A DNA stretch of 63,942 bases, counting the filler, from Trypethelium eluteriae (lineage: Eukaryota): NCBI GenBank assembly GCA_051942245.1. It is 3 parts of 3 records of this genome, joined end to end, with 100 filler letters (N's around TTAATTAATTAA, not from the genome) between each part and the next. Parts side by side here need not be neighbours in the genome. Positions count along the whole stretch, not along the records: positions 1 to 22,831 come from JAVECL010000434.1; 2 more parts are not named here. One strand, written 5' to 3'. The position numbers and the translations under genes are program-made. Below are positions 1-12,226 of the stretch, piece after piece. Numbering within the stretch: position 1 is the stretch's first letter; each line of letters starts with the position of its first letter. The notes below the pieces were generated by a model. It worked only from the letters and a program-made list of their open reading frames with translations. It was not told where the DNA came from and made no database searches.

Positions 1-463
1 CGGTGGAGGAGGTGGTGACGCCGGTGGAAGTTTGATCCTGCTATTAGCGAGGGGGGGTTAGCGTGTGGTGTTTGAAGATAGGTGGGTGGGTAGGTGTGTT
101 TGGTAGGGGGGTGGATAGAGAGAGCCGCGCACCTGTGGAGAGGGAAGCCCTCGCTAGGGAAAAGGAAATAAGAGAAAAATAAGGTAAGATGGATGGGGGA
201 ACTTTTCCAGGGTTAAAGTGGAACGGAGAGAAGTGTACTAAACAACATCGTTTCTCTATTCCACCCAAGTTGGGTATTACACGTATGTATACAGGCACAA
301 ACGTGCACATAGACGTTCCTGTACAACCTCGTCCATCGATGCAGCGGCGGGTATTGGTATGTCAAAAAGGAGAAGCAATAAGAGAGACAGAATTGGAAAT
401 CATTTCCCCCAATAGTCGCTCGAAACAAAGATTGTACAGAGACGTGACATGTATTGGATCCTG

Positions 464-3400
464 TCATCTGTAGTCCATATCGACATCATCAAAAGAGAGT
501 TCACCCACTTGTTCCTGGTCGTCGAGCGACACTCTCGGATTCCTGCCCTCATCCTGTTCCTCAACCTCTTCATCTTCCTCGTCGCTCGAGCTGCCAAATC
601 CACTGCTGAAATTGTAACCTGAATTTGTGGAAGCTCCGGCAAGGTCCATACTATCGAGACCAGTGGATCCATTGTTGCCTAATCCAGCATTAGCAAGTGC
701 GGAAGAAACACCGCCACCAAAGCCACTGGCTGCGTTGACGGCATTGAGGACCGCTTGGCGTGGGCCGGCAGCAAAGTCAGGGCGTACGCCTCCGAGGATT
801 GCATTATCTCGTTCACGTGTCTCCGCGAGCGTCTGTTCGACGTAATTGATCCAGTCCTGGCTCATGACCTTCTCGAGCACCTCGGGGCTGAGCATGTCCG
901 GTGAGTTGCGTTCGCAGAATTTGACGACTTCTTCTGCGATGAGAGTCAGATGGCCCATGTAACCAAGACGCATCTTTGTCTCTTGCTGGACTTCGTCGCT
1001 ACGTTGCTGTCCTTCAATGATGCGTTCCGTGATTCGACCTGTAGCAAAGAGATCAATAGCCAGGGCGCGGTTATATCCCCGATCCATTGAGCCATTGAAA
1101 ACTTGTTGCACGACATCGTAGACCACATTGTGGAGAAAGTTGTTCCAAGGAAAGCGGAAGAAGAAATCCTAAATAGGCCAAGTGATTAGACATATTACAG
1201 TGATCGAGGTGAAATTCATTATCAAAAAAAAAGAGCGTTTACCAATATTGTAGGAACAACCTTGTGTTCAACAAACTGTATCTTCAAATAGTCGCCGACA
1301 ACCGGTGAACCACCTACATCTGGCTCGTACGGTACGCCCTGATGTGAATTGTGGTCTCCGCTATCCTGTACATCATCGGAGTTCGTAACATTACCAACTG
1401 TGTGGCTTTTTTCACCATTTCTGTCGTCTTCTGGATGCTGTTGCTCATTGGTAGCTTGCTCGGAGTTCTTTGCTGCGAAAAGTGGAGCAGGCCTATCTTC
1501 CGCATGTGGAGAAGGCTCTCGGCTGAGGTAATTGTTTGGATCTGATGATTGGCTGAGCTGCTGGTCTTGCGCGAGGAGCTGTTGAGTCAATAGAGAGGTT
1601 GTTTGCTTACCCATTAAAGGCATCTCTTCACCTGGTGAGTCATTAAAGCTCTCTAAGGGTGTGCTAGCCTTCGAGTCGAGGCTGAGATTGCTAAGTTTCT
1701 CGCTCAAGTCTCTAGGGCTAGATGGATCTTTGCCTTCAGTATCACCAGTCATACCTGCATGCGCCTCTGCTTCAGGACCGGGTTGCTTCTCGTTTTCAGG
1801 ATCCTGGTGCAATATGGCCGGATCTGAGGTTTTCGTCAGTGGTGCACCTATGGTATCATCCACAGCTTTCTCATCGAAATCGTCGTGGTTGTCTTCGGAT
1901 AAGGCTTCGGCGTCAGGAACGGCTACTTTCTCGAAATCTTCCTCTTCGGCACTATTCTGCACCTCGAGTTTTTTGATCTCTTCTGGCGAATCGCTCATGG
2001 CATCTGACGGTGCTGTAGCATGGTGGAAGCCCTGACTATCCACACTCGTACCAAAGTCGGCTGCTGACATTTCTTTAGCTGGTGTGTATTTGCCCTCAGC
2101 CTTAAGGCGTTCCCTTTCCTCGTTTCTTTTTTGCACGTCTGCTTCAGCACCTCTTTCGTTGAGCAATCCCATGTTACTACAATGGAGAAGTTCGGCCATG
2201 AGTTCGCATGTCTTGAAGCGATCAAATCCAAGCGGTTCAATCTTTTCACCAGATGCGACCTTCATCTCTCGCTTTCTGGCCTGTCGTGTACCATCGGCGA
2301 GAACAACGACGTGATCGGGGTTTGATATAAGTTCCATGAAGTTGGGAACACGTTTCGCAAATTGCCTCAGGAGTGTGCCAAGATAGATGGGATCCGATGA
2401 TCTAGGAACCGGCCCAACTTGATTATCGAGATCGTAGTCGGAGTTGTTCTTTCGTATTACCTCAATTATACTTCCCACCCCAACCGTCAATGGGTTTCCG
2501 CCACGAAGCATATCCTCAGCCAGAGTTTCTATGCAGTCCTGGGATACAAGTTCTCTTGTTAGTTCGTTTGGGCCAATCACGCTTTGGTCCTGAGTCGTCG
2601 CGTTTGCAGATATCGTAATTATAGCTTTCAAGAAATCTCCCGCAGATGACTGTGTGGCGGTTGCGTACTCCGGAGACAGAAATGACAGTAAATCAGGCAT
2701 CAGATTTTGCATTTGTAACCACTGCGCAGTGCATAGTAAGTATCATCATGACTTCGTTAGGAGTTGTGCTGCTGGAGCTAACAGAACTTACGTCAACAAT
2801 CCCTTGGCCCCCATCGGCTTTTTCAAGACTAATGATTTTGAGAAGTAGATCCATGACCATAGGGCAATCAATGTGTTTGAGCATATTTGGTACCACGTGG
2901 TCTAACGAGCGAATAAAATTCAACATCTCCTCGGTCTTCTTGTCAAGCAGTGACTCGTTGACTTTGGTAAAGTAGCCAGCTTGCAGAGGGTCCAATGGAG
3001 GGTCTTGTTCGAGGAACTTCCAGAAGTCGCGCAAATGGGCCGGACTTTCGAGTAGGGCTTCTGAAATGGACCAGACTTCCGACGAGAGTATTTCGCAGGC
3101 CACAAAGGCGAATTTCAACCTTTGCTTCTCCGCTTTCTCTTCTTCGCTCTCTCCGGAGTCAGATTTGCTCGTTGATTTTGACCTCGCTCGAGATTTACTT
3201 TTCCCGCCCCTAAAGAACCCGCCAAGCGGGGATGACGCCCGTCGTTCCTCAACATCGTCCACTCTGGCAACATCTTCCTCTTCAAGAGCTTCTGAAGGTT
3301 TCAAGGCTGTCACATACTTCAATAGCCGATTCAACACATCCTCATCACGGAGATATTCTACAAGCTTGGAATTTTGTTGTTTTAACTCTTGTATCAAGTC

Positions 3401-3496
3401 GGAGTCATCCAAGAGATCCTCTAGAGAGAAATCGCCCTTGTCGAGAAGAGTATCGATAGTAGAGACACTCGTGTAGCCGCCGAAACGCCAGAACAT
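464..3496 (-). CDS. SIT4 phosphatase-associated protein (SAPS/PP6 regulatory subunit family, SAP155/185/190-like); 3 exons 3496-2792, 2721-1243, 1168-464
   Basis: N-terminus MFWRFGGY, motifs IGPNELTRELVS, RFKTCELMAELLHCSNM, FFRFPWNNFLHNVVYD and RLGYMGHLTLIAEEV. GT-AG introns at 2791-2722 and 1242-1169 join the three ORF-track pieces in frame. Confidence 0.93.
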
Positions 3497-4696
3497 GATC
3501 GATTAAGTGACGTCTGACCCCAATGACCCCAAACGATCGGCGAAAAGAGTGAAGCACGTGGTTAAGGGTCCCATGCGAACGGCGCAATGAGTTCCGGATT
3601 GGTAGGGTCGATTGAGCTGTTGGACGAAAGGATGGAGATGTGGGCCGAAAAGAGAGCGTGTGGGTGTCTCAGGCTTGAGTGAGCCGTGTTGCTGCTAAGG
3701 ATGAGCTGGTCAGCGAATCTAATTCCGAGCTCGGACAAGCGATTAGGCGCGAATGAAGTCGCTTTAGGTCAATACCACATGACAGAAACACACTTACGAC
3801 TTGTAGAAAGGGCGAAAAAGACCATACCAACTGGTGTGGGGAGGTTCTGGAGTGGAAGTGTAGATGAGGTGAGGATTTACTGGGCACATAGGCGGCCACG
3901 CGCAAAGCAGGGTCCGCTTCTCTGCCTAAGCTAAGGTACCTAAACCTAAGATAACCTAACGATACGGTAAATCCCCATGCCCTCAAGCCCATCCCGCTCG
4001 TTTCTAGATCCTGTCACGAGACGCTCGGCAGAAGCTAATCTTTTATTTGACGATGATGCTTAATTTAAGTAGGTATTGCGAACGACATGCGGTTTGATAA
4101 TTTGTACCAAGTGTTCCGTTCCGAAATTCTGTTTCACTCAATTGGCACATCTAATCCTTCAAGTTTTGCACCCGCCCACTAGCGAGCTGCAATTCTTCAC
4201 CATTCTAATAGAACTGGAGATCAATCGCTATTGCTGGTATCATTGAAACATGGAGACAAGGATCAAGGTCTTGGGTCCAGTCGCATTGATAGGGATGTTC
4301 GGGACCTCTTGAAACAGAGGCCTGGATTTGGAGATCTCAAAACTCAACCCGGTAATCGTCATTATTGTAAAACATACGTAAGAATGGAGAAGATAAGATG
4401 CCCTAGGAGTTGCAAAGAAACAGGTATATAGAGAGTTTTATTATTATAATAATGGGGAACGGAATGTTGATCTCCATGCGACGCTAAGACCAGCCTCCAT
4501 GCCTCAGGCGCCTGGGTACTCTAAGGTAGTCTAGGTACTCTGTACTTTATCTACCTACCAACAGTCCCGCCACCCACTTGTTTCCCAGCATCGCCGTTTC
4601 ATCACCTAAACGCACTCGACAAGAAGGCTCGAGCGACACGCCTGCAGATTCTAGGGAACTTTCGCGTCCTAAAATTCACTCATCTCATCCACCACA

Positions 4697-5390
4697 ATGA
4701 ATCGCCTCTTCGGAGCCAAGAGCTCGGCGCCTAAGCCAACCTTAAACAGCGCTATTTCAAACGTAAGCTATGAATGTTTATTGCACTGTCGAGCAAGCTA
4801 ACGCTCTGAAGGTCGACGGTCGTATCGAGTCCATCGATGTGAAGCTTTCCAAGCTGAATGCGGAGCTTACAACTTACCAGCAAAGATTAGCAAAAATGCG
4901 TGACGGACCTGGCAAGTCTGCGATAAAGCAGAAAGCGCTCAAAGTCCTTCAACAACGCAAAATGTACGAATCACAACGAGATCAACTACAACAGCAATCG
5001 TGGAACATGGAGCAAGCTGGCATGATGCAGGATAATCTGAAAAACACCATGACCACAGTAGATGCTATGAAGACGACGACCAAGGAGCTAAAGAAACAGT
5101 ATGGAAAAGTCAATATCGACAAGATTGAGAAGCTCCAGGATGAGATGGCGGATTTGATGGACATGGGTAACGACATCCAGGAGAGCATAAGTCGAAGTTA
5201 TGACGTGCCGGAAGATGTTGATGAGGCAGAACTAGATGCTGAATTGGAAGCTCTTGGAGAAGAAGTCGAGCTAAACGGTATCGGAGAGTCTGAAGGAGTC
5301 CCAGCATTCATGGTCGACGAGACGAATAAGATTCCAGATTTCGTCGACGAGCCACCAGAACAAGGCAAGGTCAAGGAAGCAGCAGGGTGA
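4697..5390 (+). CDS. VPS60: ESCRT-III Snf7-family protein Vps60/CHMP5; exons 4697-4762, 4812-5390
   Basis: MNRLFGAK start, 49-nt intron GTAAGC...GCTAAC...AAG, then KQKALKVLQQRKMYE, QQSWNMEQA and SYDVPEDVDEAELDAELEAL. Confidence 0.92.
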
Positions 5391-6256
5391 CATCATCCAG
5401 ACATACTCAATGTTACCAGTTGACACTGGTCAACTTCGGTCAAGATTTCCCGCGATTTATGCTCTATTTTCTAGAGCTGAATCAAGGACTCGTTGCTCAG
5501 AGTCTATAGAAGAACTCCAGCCACAAGACGCGTCACATACTACAAACGTACATCATGAACGGCGGTCTCAATCTCCGAAGCTGGACATCACTAGGAGGGA
5601 CTCAAATTCTGCATCTGGTTGCATGTAGTCTTACAGTTCGTCAACATGGGTTGTTATCAACGTAAGATTAACGAGAAAAAAGCAATCCGAGACCACATAG
5701 ACAAGCCCTAGCGTCTACTAAGAGAAGGGCAACGACTCGTACAATTGGCGCGACTCGTAGTACTCTCTTGCCAACAGCTGTATTGTTTACATAGTCTGAC
5801 AAATCCGATATGCACCCTCGGCATTGCCAGCTCACCCTCAATAATCAAATAACACTCGTGACTTCTGGCTTTTTATTGACTGAGCTGACTTCAGCTGATC
5901 CCATTTCCAGATTTAAATCAATTTGTGATCTTCTGGGGTTCTTGAGCAAATCAGTCAACTGCACTTCGGCATTCCCCACTAAAAGGATCGGGAAACATCG
6001 GACGAAGCAACACCGGCAAGGTACTTGTGAAAAGACTTCAATTCCAAGACTTGATTTTTCCTGGATCAGCTCTGGTGATTGGGTAAATCGAGCTCTTGTC
6101 TTTGCTAGCTCTCGTCCCTTCCCTAGTGACATCCCCGCAATTGACGTAGGTAGCCTCGCGATTAGCCCTCGGTCGTGACAATTATAAGTAGGACCAAGAG
6201 ACGTCTTGCGTGAGTTTTTGCCCTCAGATCATTCTCGCTCAGAACATCTCAAGCTA

Positions 6257-7648
6257 ATGGCTTCTCAAGCAGTACAAACCCGCGGCATCTACCATGGTCT
6301 CCCGGTATTCCCAGAGAACCTGGAAGGGCTGACAGCCATAGTTACGGGAGCCAATGGCATTTCTGGACAGCACATGCTGCGAGTCCTCGCGCAAAACCCT
6401 CAGCGTTGGAAGAAAATTTACTGCCTTTCAAGACGCCCTCCAGCCATACCAGGAGGACTGCCTAATCATGCTGAACACATTCCTCTGGATTTTCTCAAGA
6501 AGCCTAGTGAGATTGCAGAGGTACTCAAGCAACATAACGTCAAGGCCGATCACGTCTTCTTCTATAGCTATATCCAAATCGACCCAAAGGAAGGGGCTGG
6601 GCTGTGGTCAAATGCGGAGGAGATGTCAAAGGTCAATACTGAACTCTTAACCAACTTTCTGGAATCTCTGCCTCTTGCGGACATCAAGCCGAAGCGAATC
6701 ATGCTACAAACGGGGGCGAAATACTACGGGTAACGCTATCCATCCATTGCGTTCCGGACAAAGTTGACTTTAGGTCTTGCAGCATTCATATTGGTCCGTC
6801 TTCCACTCCAAACGAGGAGGACGATCCTCGCGTCCTCATTGAGCCAAACTTCTACTATCCCCAGCAAGACTACCTCTCTCAGTATTGTCAAAAGCATGGT
6901 ATTGGCTGGAATGAAGCTCGACCATCATTTATCCTAGGAGCGGTCCCTGATGCTGCAATGAACCTATGCTACCCGCTGGCCCTCTATGCGACCATCTGCA
7001 AACGCTTGGGCGAACCGCTCAGATATCCTGGCGACCTTGTTGCCTGGGAGGCTCAGCAAGACCAAAGCAGTGCAATGCTTAATGGCTATCTCGAGGAGTG
7101 GATGGTGTTGGCGGACCATGTCGCTAATGAAGCGTTCAACGCTGCTGACGATAGCGCATTTACCTGGGGAAAATTCTGGCCGAAGCTGGCCGATTGGTAT
7201 GGAATAGAATATACGAGGCCAGACCCAGATGCGAAATACAACGAAATCAAGACCCGAAACGAGACACCGCGAGGATTCGGTCCCCCAGCCACAATACGCT
7301 ACACATTTCTACTTACAGAATGGGCGAAACGACCTGAAGTAGACAAGGCATGGAAAGAAATCGCTCACGAGTATGATCTCACCGAAAGGGAGCTACGAGA
7401 TGTTGATCGAATTTTCCCATTTACCGACTTGGCGCTTACGATGCCGGTCGCATTAAACTTCAGGTGGAGTGCCTCTTTTTCCCAGTGGCATCAATACGCA
7501 ACTAACTCTTAAAAGCATGAATAAAGCTCGCAAGCGTGGCTGGCATGGGTTCGTCGATAGTTCCGAGTGTATCCTGGAAGTGTTTGAAGATTTTGTGAAG
7601 CTTAAGATGCTACCTCCGGTGCCAAAGGTCAATGTGAAGTTTGCCTAA
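6257..7648 (+). CDS. PRISE-like (progesterone 5-beta-reductase/iridoid synthase-like, SirQ-type) NAD(P)-dependent SDR; exons 6257-6729, 6783-7463, 7516-7648
   Basis: AIVTGANGISG Rossmann motif, LSRRPP, LQTGAKYYG spliced to IHIGP, EPNFYYPQQD, NEAFN and C-terminal SMNKARKRGWHGFVDS. Both introns are canonical and in frame. Confidence 0.88.
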
Positions 7649-10011
7649 GATAATTAATCTTTCTTTCAAGGCAGATTACCTAGATCGCCGGATCTCATGG
7701 AAATGTTCTATCTACTCTATATCATGAGGTATTTGATCTAAGCATCTCCTCTCACCCACTATACAGAATGCGCCGCAAATGTGCTCCCTGTAATTGAGTT
7801 TTACTAATAATGAGAACAATGAATATGTCGTCACGACATGCTACAACAACTCTGCGCGTGTTCACATCGTCACATTCCTCCAATAGAATCTCTAAAAAAG
7901 CTTACCTTGAACAGTACTATCTTCATGTCTCCTCCGAGACCTTAAGTAAAGTATGTTCACGCGGTCAAATGCCAAGAGGACATGGATGGATTGAATGCAA
8001 CTCTGATTGTAGGAGGCAAACCCATAATTGGCGAGCATTGGACAGGTTCCAAAGGAACAGATCCCCGTTATGTATATTGTCCCCTGGTATCAACGCTCTT
8101 CCCTTATTCCTTCATTCTTCGAAAGTCTTTCTGTACGGATCCATTATGGATGTCTCGAGCCGGAAGCGCATGCTACGCATCATCCGAAGCTCCAACGATG
8201 ATTGCTACAATGCTCCAGGCCGCCAAAAGCGATCACCATCTATCGCTGCTCTCTTCGGGAAAGTGCGCAAATTGCGTAGGAAAGTCCCACACTCACAGAA
8301 GCGTAATTCGAGTGGTATAAAAAAGAGTAGATCATCAAGGTCAAGATCTAGGTACGTCTCGCCAATGAGCCTGGCTTCGGAAGTCGATAGCGAAGACGAT
8401 TTGGAGGAAATGGAATGATGCAGGTCAGGGAACCATAAACCCGAGGTCGGTCTTTCTCGAAACTCCCGTCCAAAATTTGGGACAAATTTTCAAGGAGCTC
8501 CCAACAGTATCTACGCAAGGCCCACCGACCTCGCTCCACTATCGGGAATGCCAAATACCAGTGGCAAGTTACGAGTGCAAAGCTACGCATGGTTTAGGAA
8601 AACACTAAGGACTCGCCTCTATCCACTCTGGCTAAGTAGGACGACGAAGGCAGAGTTCGATGAAGGTTTTTATGGTTGCAACCAATTCCAATTCTCCAGC
8701 AGCCAGGGATTGTCGGAAGCTGCCTCGTTCTCGCTTTCTTTGGACGGCAAAGTGCAGGTTCCCTTCCTGGGAAGAGACCAATGAGGTATTATCCACCCTC
8801 TCGAAGTCTCAGGTGCGGCTTCCTTTGACACATACCTACCTTATGCGCTTCGCTCCCCCAGACTGCCCAGCATCAATCGGGCTCGCCGAACGATAAGTGC
8901 AATTGCTCAGAAAAGGGTCGAGAACGGCAATCCAAGCCAACGTTGAGGATGTCGACCGATAGGACGAGTTCTTCGAAAACTATTGTGAGAGCAATCAGTA
9001 CCAGAGTGATCAAGTTCCTTGGATATCATCTGGCCCAAGTCCTGACAACGTTTCCAAAAATTCGTTGGAAGCCTCCCTGCCCGTGCTGGATAGAAATGAG
9101 ACAGTCTGTCCTATCTGTCCTTATTTCTAATCAGTTCGACTCAAAGGCAAAACCCAAGAGTTCGTGAAGTGTTTACTGGGAAACCCCAAAAATTTGTGGA
9201 GGAAAATGGAATTGTGTGTCCCTGGTATGTGGCCTCTCTCCGTCCGACTAGAAAATGTCCGAATTTGACACGGACCACCACACCCCAAAACTTCTCATCT
9301 CAACTAATTTGGTGTTTTATACTTGCTTGTCCCGCCATTCACTTTAAATCGGACATCTTTTAGTTGGATGGAGAGGTTTACAAGCTCTGGCGATACTAAA
9401 ATTGCTGTGCTGAGGCTCAAGTATCCCCTCACATGCCGGGCGTCTCTGCGTCCGAGTGGCGATGCCATCTGTGCCACACCCGAGGTATCCTAACCAACCC
9501 TCGCCTCATCTCCACCGGAAGTCGCCATTGGAGTCCGCCATCGAGAATTGCTGAGGCTCCTGTCTCACTAGGTGGGCTATTTCGTCTCATTGAGTTGCAG
9601 GTCAGGCGAAACGATCCCGTGATCACATGTGCGTCACTATCCAAATATGTATTCCCGAGTGAAATTCCTTGGTACTAGATATCGTACTCCAACAATAACA
9701 AGCATCCCGAGATAGTTGCTTGAATGCACAAAGCTTCGGCTGTGGCGCGATACAACTTGACTTCGCTTGTAGAACTCAGGCATTAATTTCCAGTTAGGAC
9801 TTGTCAACAAAATCATTTACATATTTCCGCACGCGTCCGTCTAACCTCCACATCTCGCATCTCGGCACTTCGCATCTCCAGCATACATACACGTTCCTAG
9901 GTCCTCGTATCTCCTATTTGAGCGTCGTAGCCCATTCAACTATTCTTGTTACTTTTCGTCACCAACTCAAGACATCACTACTCACCGGAGCCCACCCATC
10001 TGCCCCGCAAA

Positions 10012-10980
10012 ATGTCCCACGCATCCTCCACCACCCATCCACGCCCTCTCCTCCACGCAGCAACAAGATCGTCCTCTCTCCATGACCTACAGTCTGCGCT
10101 CAACCTCGCCCGCACCCAATCCCCCTCCACCTACCCAACCTTCCTCCGCCAGGCTCTTACAGCCACCGTCCGCGCCGGCTCCGCCCCACTAACCGCATAC
10201 CTTCTCGACAACAAGCACGCGCCCCTCTCGACCCTCTCGCCGGGCAACATCGGCCTGCACCCCAGCATCCAGCTCTTCGAGACACTGGTCTCGCGGGGCT
10301 TCGACGTGAACACGACCGACGCGCCGAACAGCTAGGGTAAATCGGAGCGGCTGATCGACCGTGTCATCGGCGACGAGGCGCTGGTGGAGTGGTTGTTGGC
10401 GCACGGGGCGCGGGTCGATGGCGGGGACGCATTTGTTGATGGAGAGGGCTATGAGATTGAGCCGAGGCCGGCGCCACTGACGGAGAGCTGTGCGGCGATG
10501 GGGAGTGTGCGGACGTGGAGACGGATTCGGAGCGCGGGGGCAAGGGTTGGCAGGAGGGCGCTGCATCGGGCGGCCGGAAATGCGGCTGCTAAGGGGGCTT
10601 TTGGTCGGGGTGACCCATCAAGCGAAGAGGAGAGTCGGGAAGACGGGGAGAGAAATGGAGGGGGAGAGGAGGAGGTTAACGAGCAAAGGAAGCGTAACAG
10701 AGAGGCGAGAGAGGATATGCTGCGGTTTCTGGTCGACGAGGAGGGATTGGATGTTAACCGCCTGGACTCGGATACGGGAAGAGCGATGCACTGGGGTACG
10801 CCGATTAATTATGCAGCTCAGCAGCCGAAGGGTGCGGGAGTACTGCTCTGGTTGCTTGACCGCGGCGCGGATCCGAGGATTCCAGGCGTGGACGGAGGGG
10901 ATGCATTTGACAATGCGAAGACAAGTGGCAGCGAGGAGATCATGACGTTGCTTGCGAAGTGGTCGGATAGGCACAAATGA
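10012..10980 (+). pseudogene. Ankyrin-repeat protein interrupted by one in-frame TAG at 10333-10335 (pseudogene, readthrough or sequencing error)
   Basis: ORFs 9946-10335 and 10384-10980 share a frame and the linker reads GKSERLIDRVIGDEALVEWLLAHGA. Ankyrin-like motifs LVSRGFDVN, LVDEEGLDVN, WGTPINYA and WLLDRGADP. Confidence 0.75.
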
Positions 10981-11106
10981 AGCTCGTTCAAGGAGCCACT
11001 CTAGTAAGCTCTAATTTGCCAAAACGGTCGAGATATGGGCGAGCAAGGAGCAGATAGAGGAGCATCTCCGCCGATAAAGCGACGCACAACCGCAAGAGAT
11101 TCTCCT

Positions 11107-11979
11107 CTACTGAACTTCAGCCTTCTCGGGTGATACATTGGTCCCGTACCATGGTTTGAACTTCTTTTGCGCCTCTCTCGCCTTCTCTGCTATTTGCTCG
11201 CTGGAGAGGCCTGTCAAATTCGCTACGTCTACACTTTCGACAGTCTGATCCAATCTCACAAATATCGCACCATTCTCAAGTTCCTTGCCTTCGGCCATTA
11301 CGACACATGACCTCGCCCACTCCGACATGCACCGCTTCGACTGCCACCAGTCCTCTGTCTGAGCCCACGGCCATTTCTCCGTCATGATGGGAAAATCGTG
11401 CGGCATTTGCTCATACTCTTCAAACCTCACGCAGACTCCCTGACGCGCCGCTTGCTCGGCAGCGGCTTTAGCCGAGTCCCCCAACATCTCCTGACCACCG
11501 GCGAACCACATTGGAGGCGAGCCTCTCCAGCTTTTCGCAAGAGCTGGTGAGACGAGGGGATGGCATAGCATATCGGCATCGCACAGAACGTGACAGCGTG
11601 GGGGATTAGTCGGCCAGATCTCGCATGTGGGAAAGTCAGAACGTGTGTAGCTCCAACCGTCAGAGTTAAAAATATCATACTTCGCGTTAGTGCGCCAGGA
11701 AGGAAGACAGAGGGTGTTCTCGCCGCCTGCGCTCAGGAACGTCACTCCCGCAGGAAGTGGGAGCTTGACAGATCTACCGTGGAAACGTATCGTTCGCTGA
11801 GCTGATTTGCAAAGTAGGACCTGTAGGAGTGCTAACGATAAGGTTGCTCCTGCACTGTCTCCAGCAAATACCACGGAAGATGCAGAAACCGGGTCATGAT
11901 AAGAACCTGGCGGTGGGTAGAGCAGGGATAAATAGGCAAGTACGGCGTCTGTTAGAGCAGCTCGCCAACGCATGAACAT
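11107..11979 (-). CDS. Alpha/beta hydrolase (HSL-like, Abhydrolase_3), apparently 5'-truncated
   Basis: 290-codon ORF with GDSAG nucleophile, GGQEMLGD acid and MPHDF His. It starts at AALTDAVLAYL and lacks the upstream HGG and YRLAP segments. Confidence 0.7.
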   Translation of the reverse strand: MFMRWRAALTDAVLAYLSLLYPPPGSYHDPVSASSVVFAGDSAGATLSLALLQVLLCKSAQRTIRFHGRSVKLPLPAGVTFLSAGGENTLCLPSWRTNAKYDIFNSDGWSYTRSDFPTCEIWPTNPPRCHVLCDADMLCHPLVSPALAKSWRGSPPMWFAGGQEMLGDSAKAAAEQAARQGVCVRFEEYEQMPHDFPIMTEKWPWAQTEDWWQSKRCMSEWARSCVVMAEGKELENGAIFVRLDQTVESVDVANLTGLSSEQIAEKAREAQKKFKPWYGTNVSPEKAEVQ

Positions 11980-12226
11980 TTAGATAACAGTTGGCAGCTC
12001 CGTACAGAAGAGATTTCAGACCATTGTGACCCTTTGTGAACTGATCAACGATGAGCCGCGGCATGATATTACTGACAGACTGACCTACAGAGCAAGAGTT
12101 ATCGGACGTCTTGCATTCCGCCTTGCTAACTTTCGATTGTCTTTTGAAGCCTCGGAAGCCTCACCAGAAGCATCTTCATCGTCTTGCGAGGCTGCAATAC
12201 CTTGCAGGAGCTTTCATCGAGCAACT

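Noticed and set aside
12085..12215. Minus-strand peptide DEDASGEASEASKDNRKLARRNARRPITLAL as a remnant of the missing hydrolase N-terminus
   Set aside because: Similarity to the paralog is too faint to support without an alignment score.
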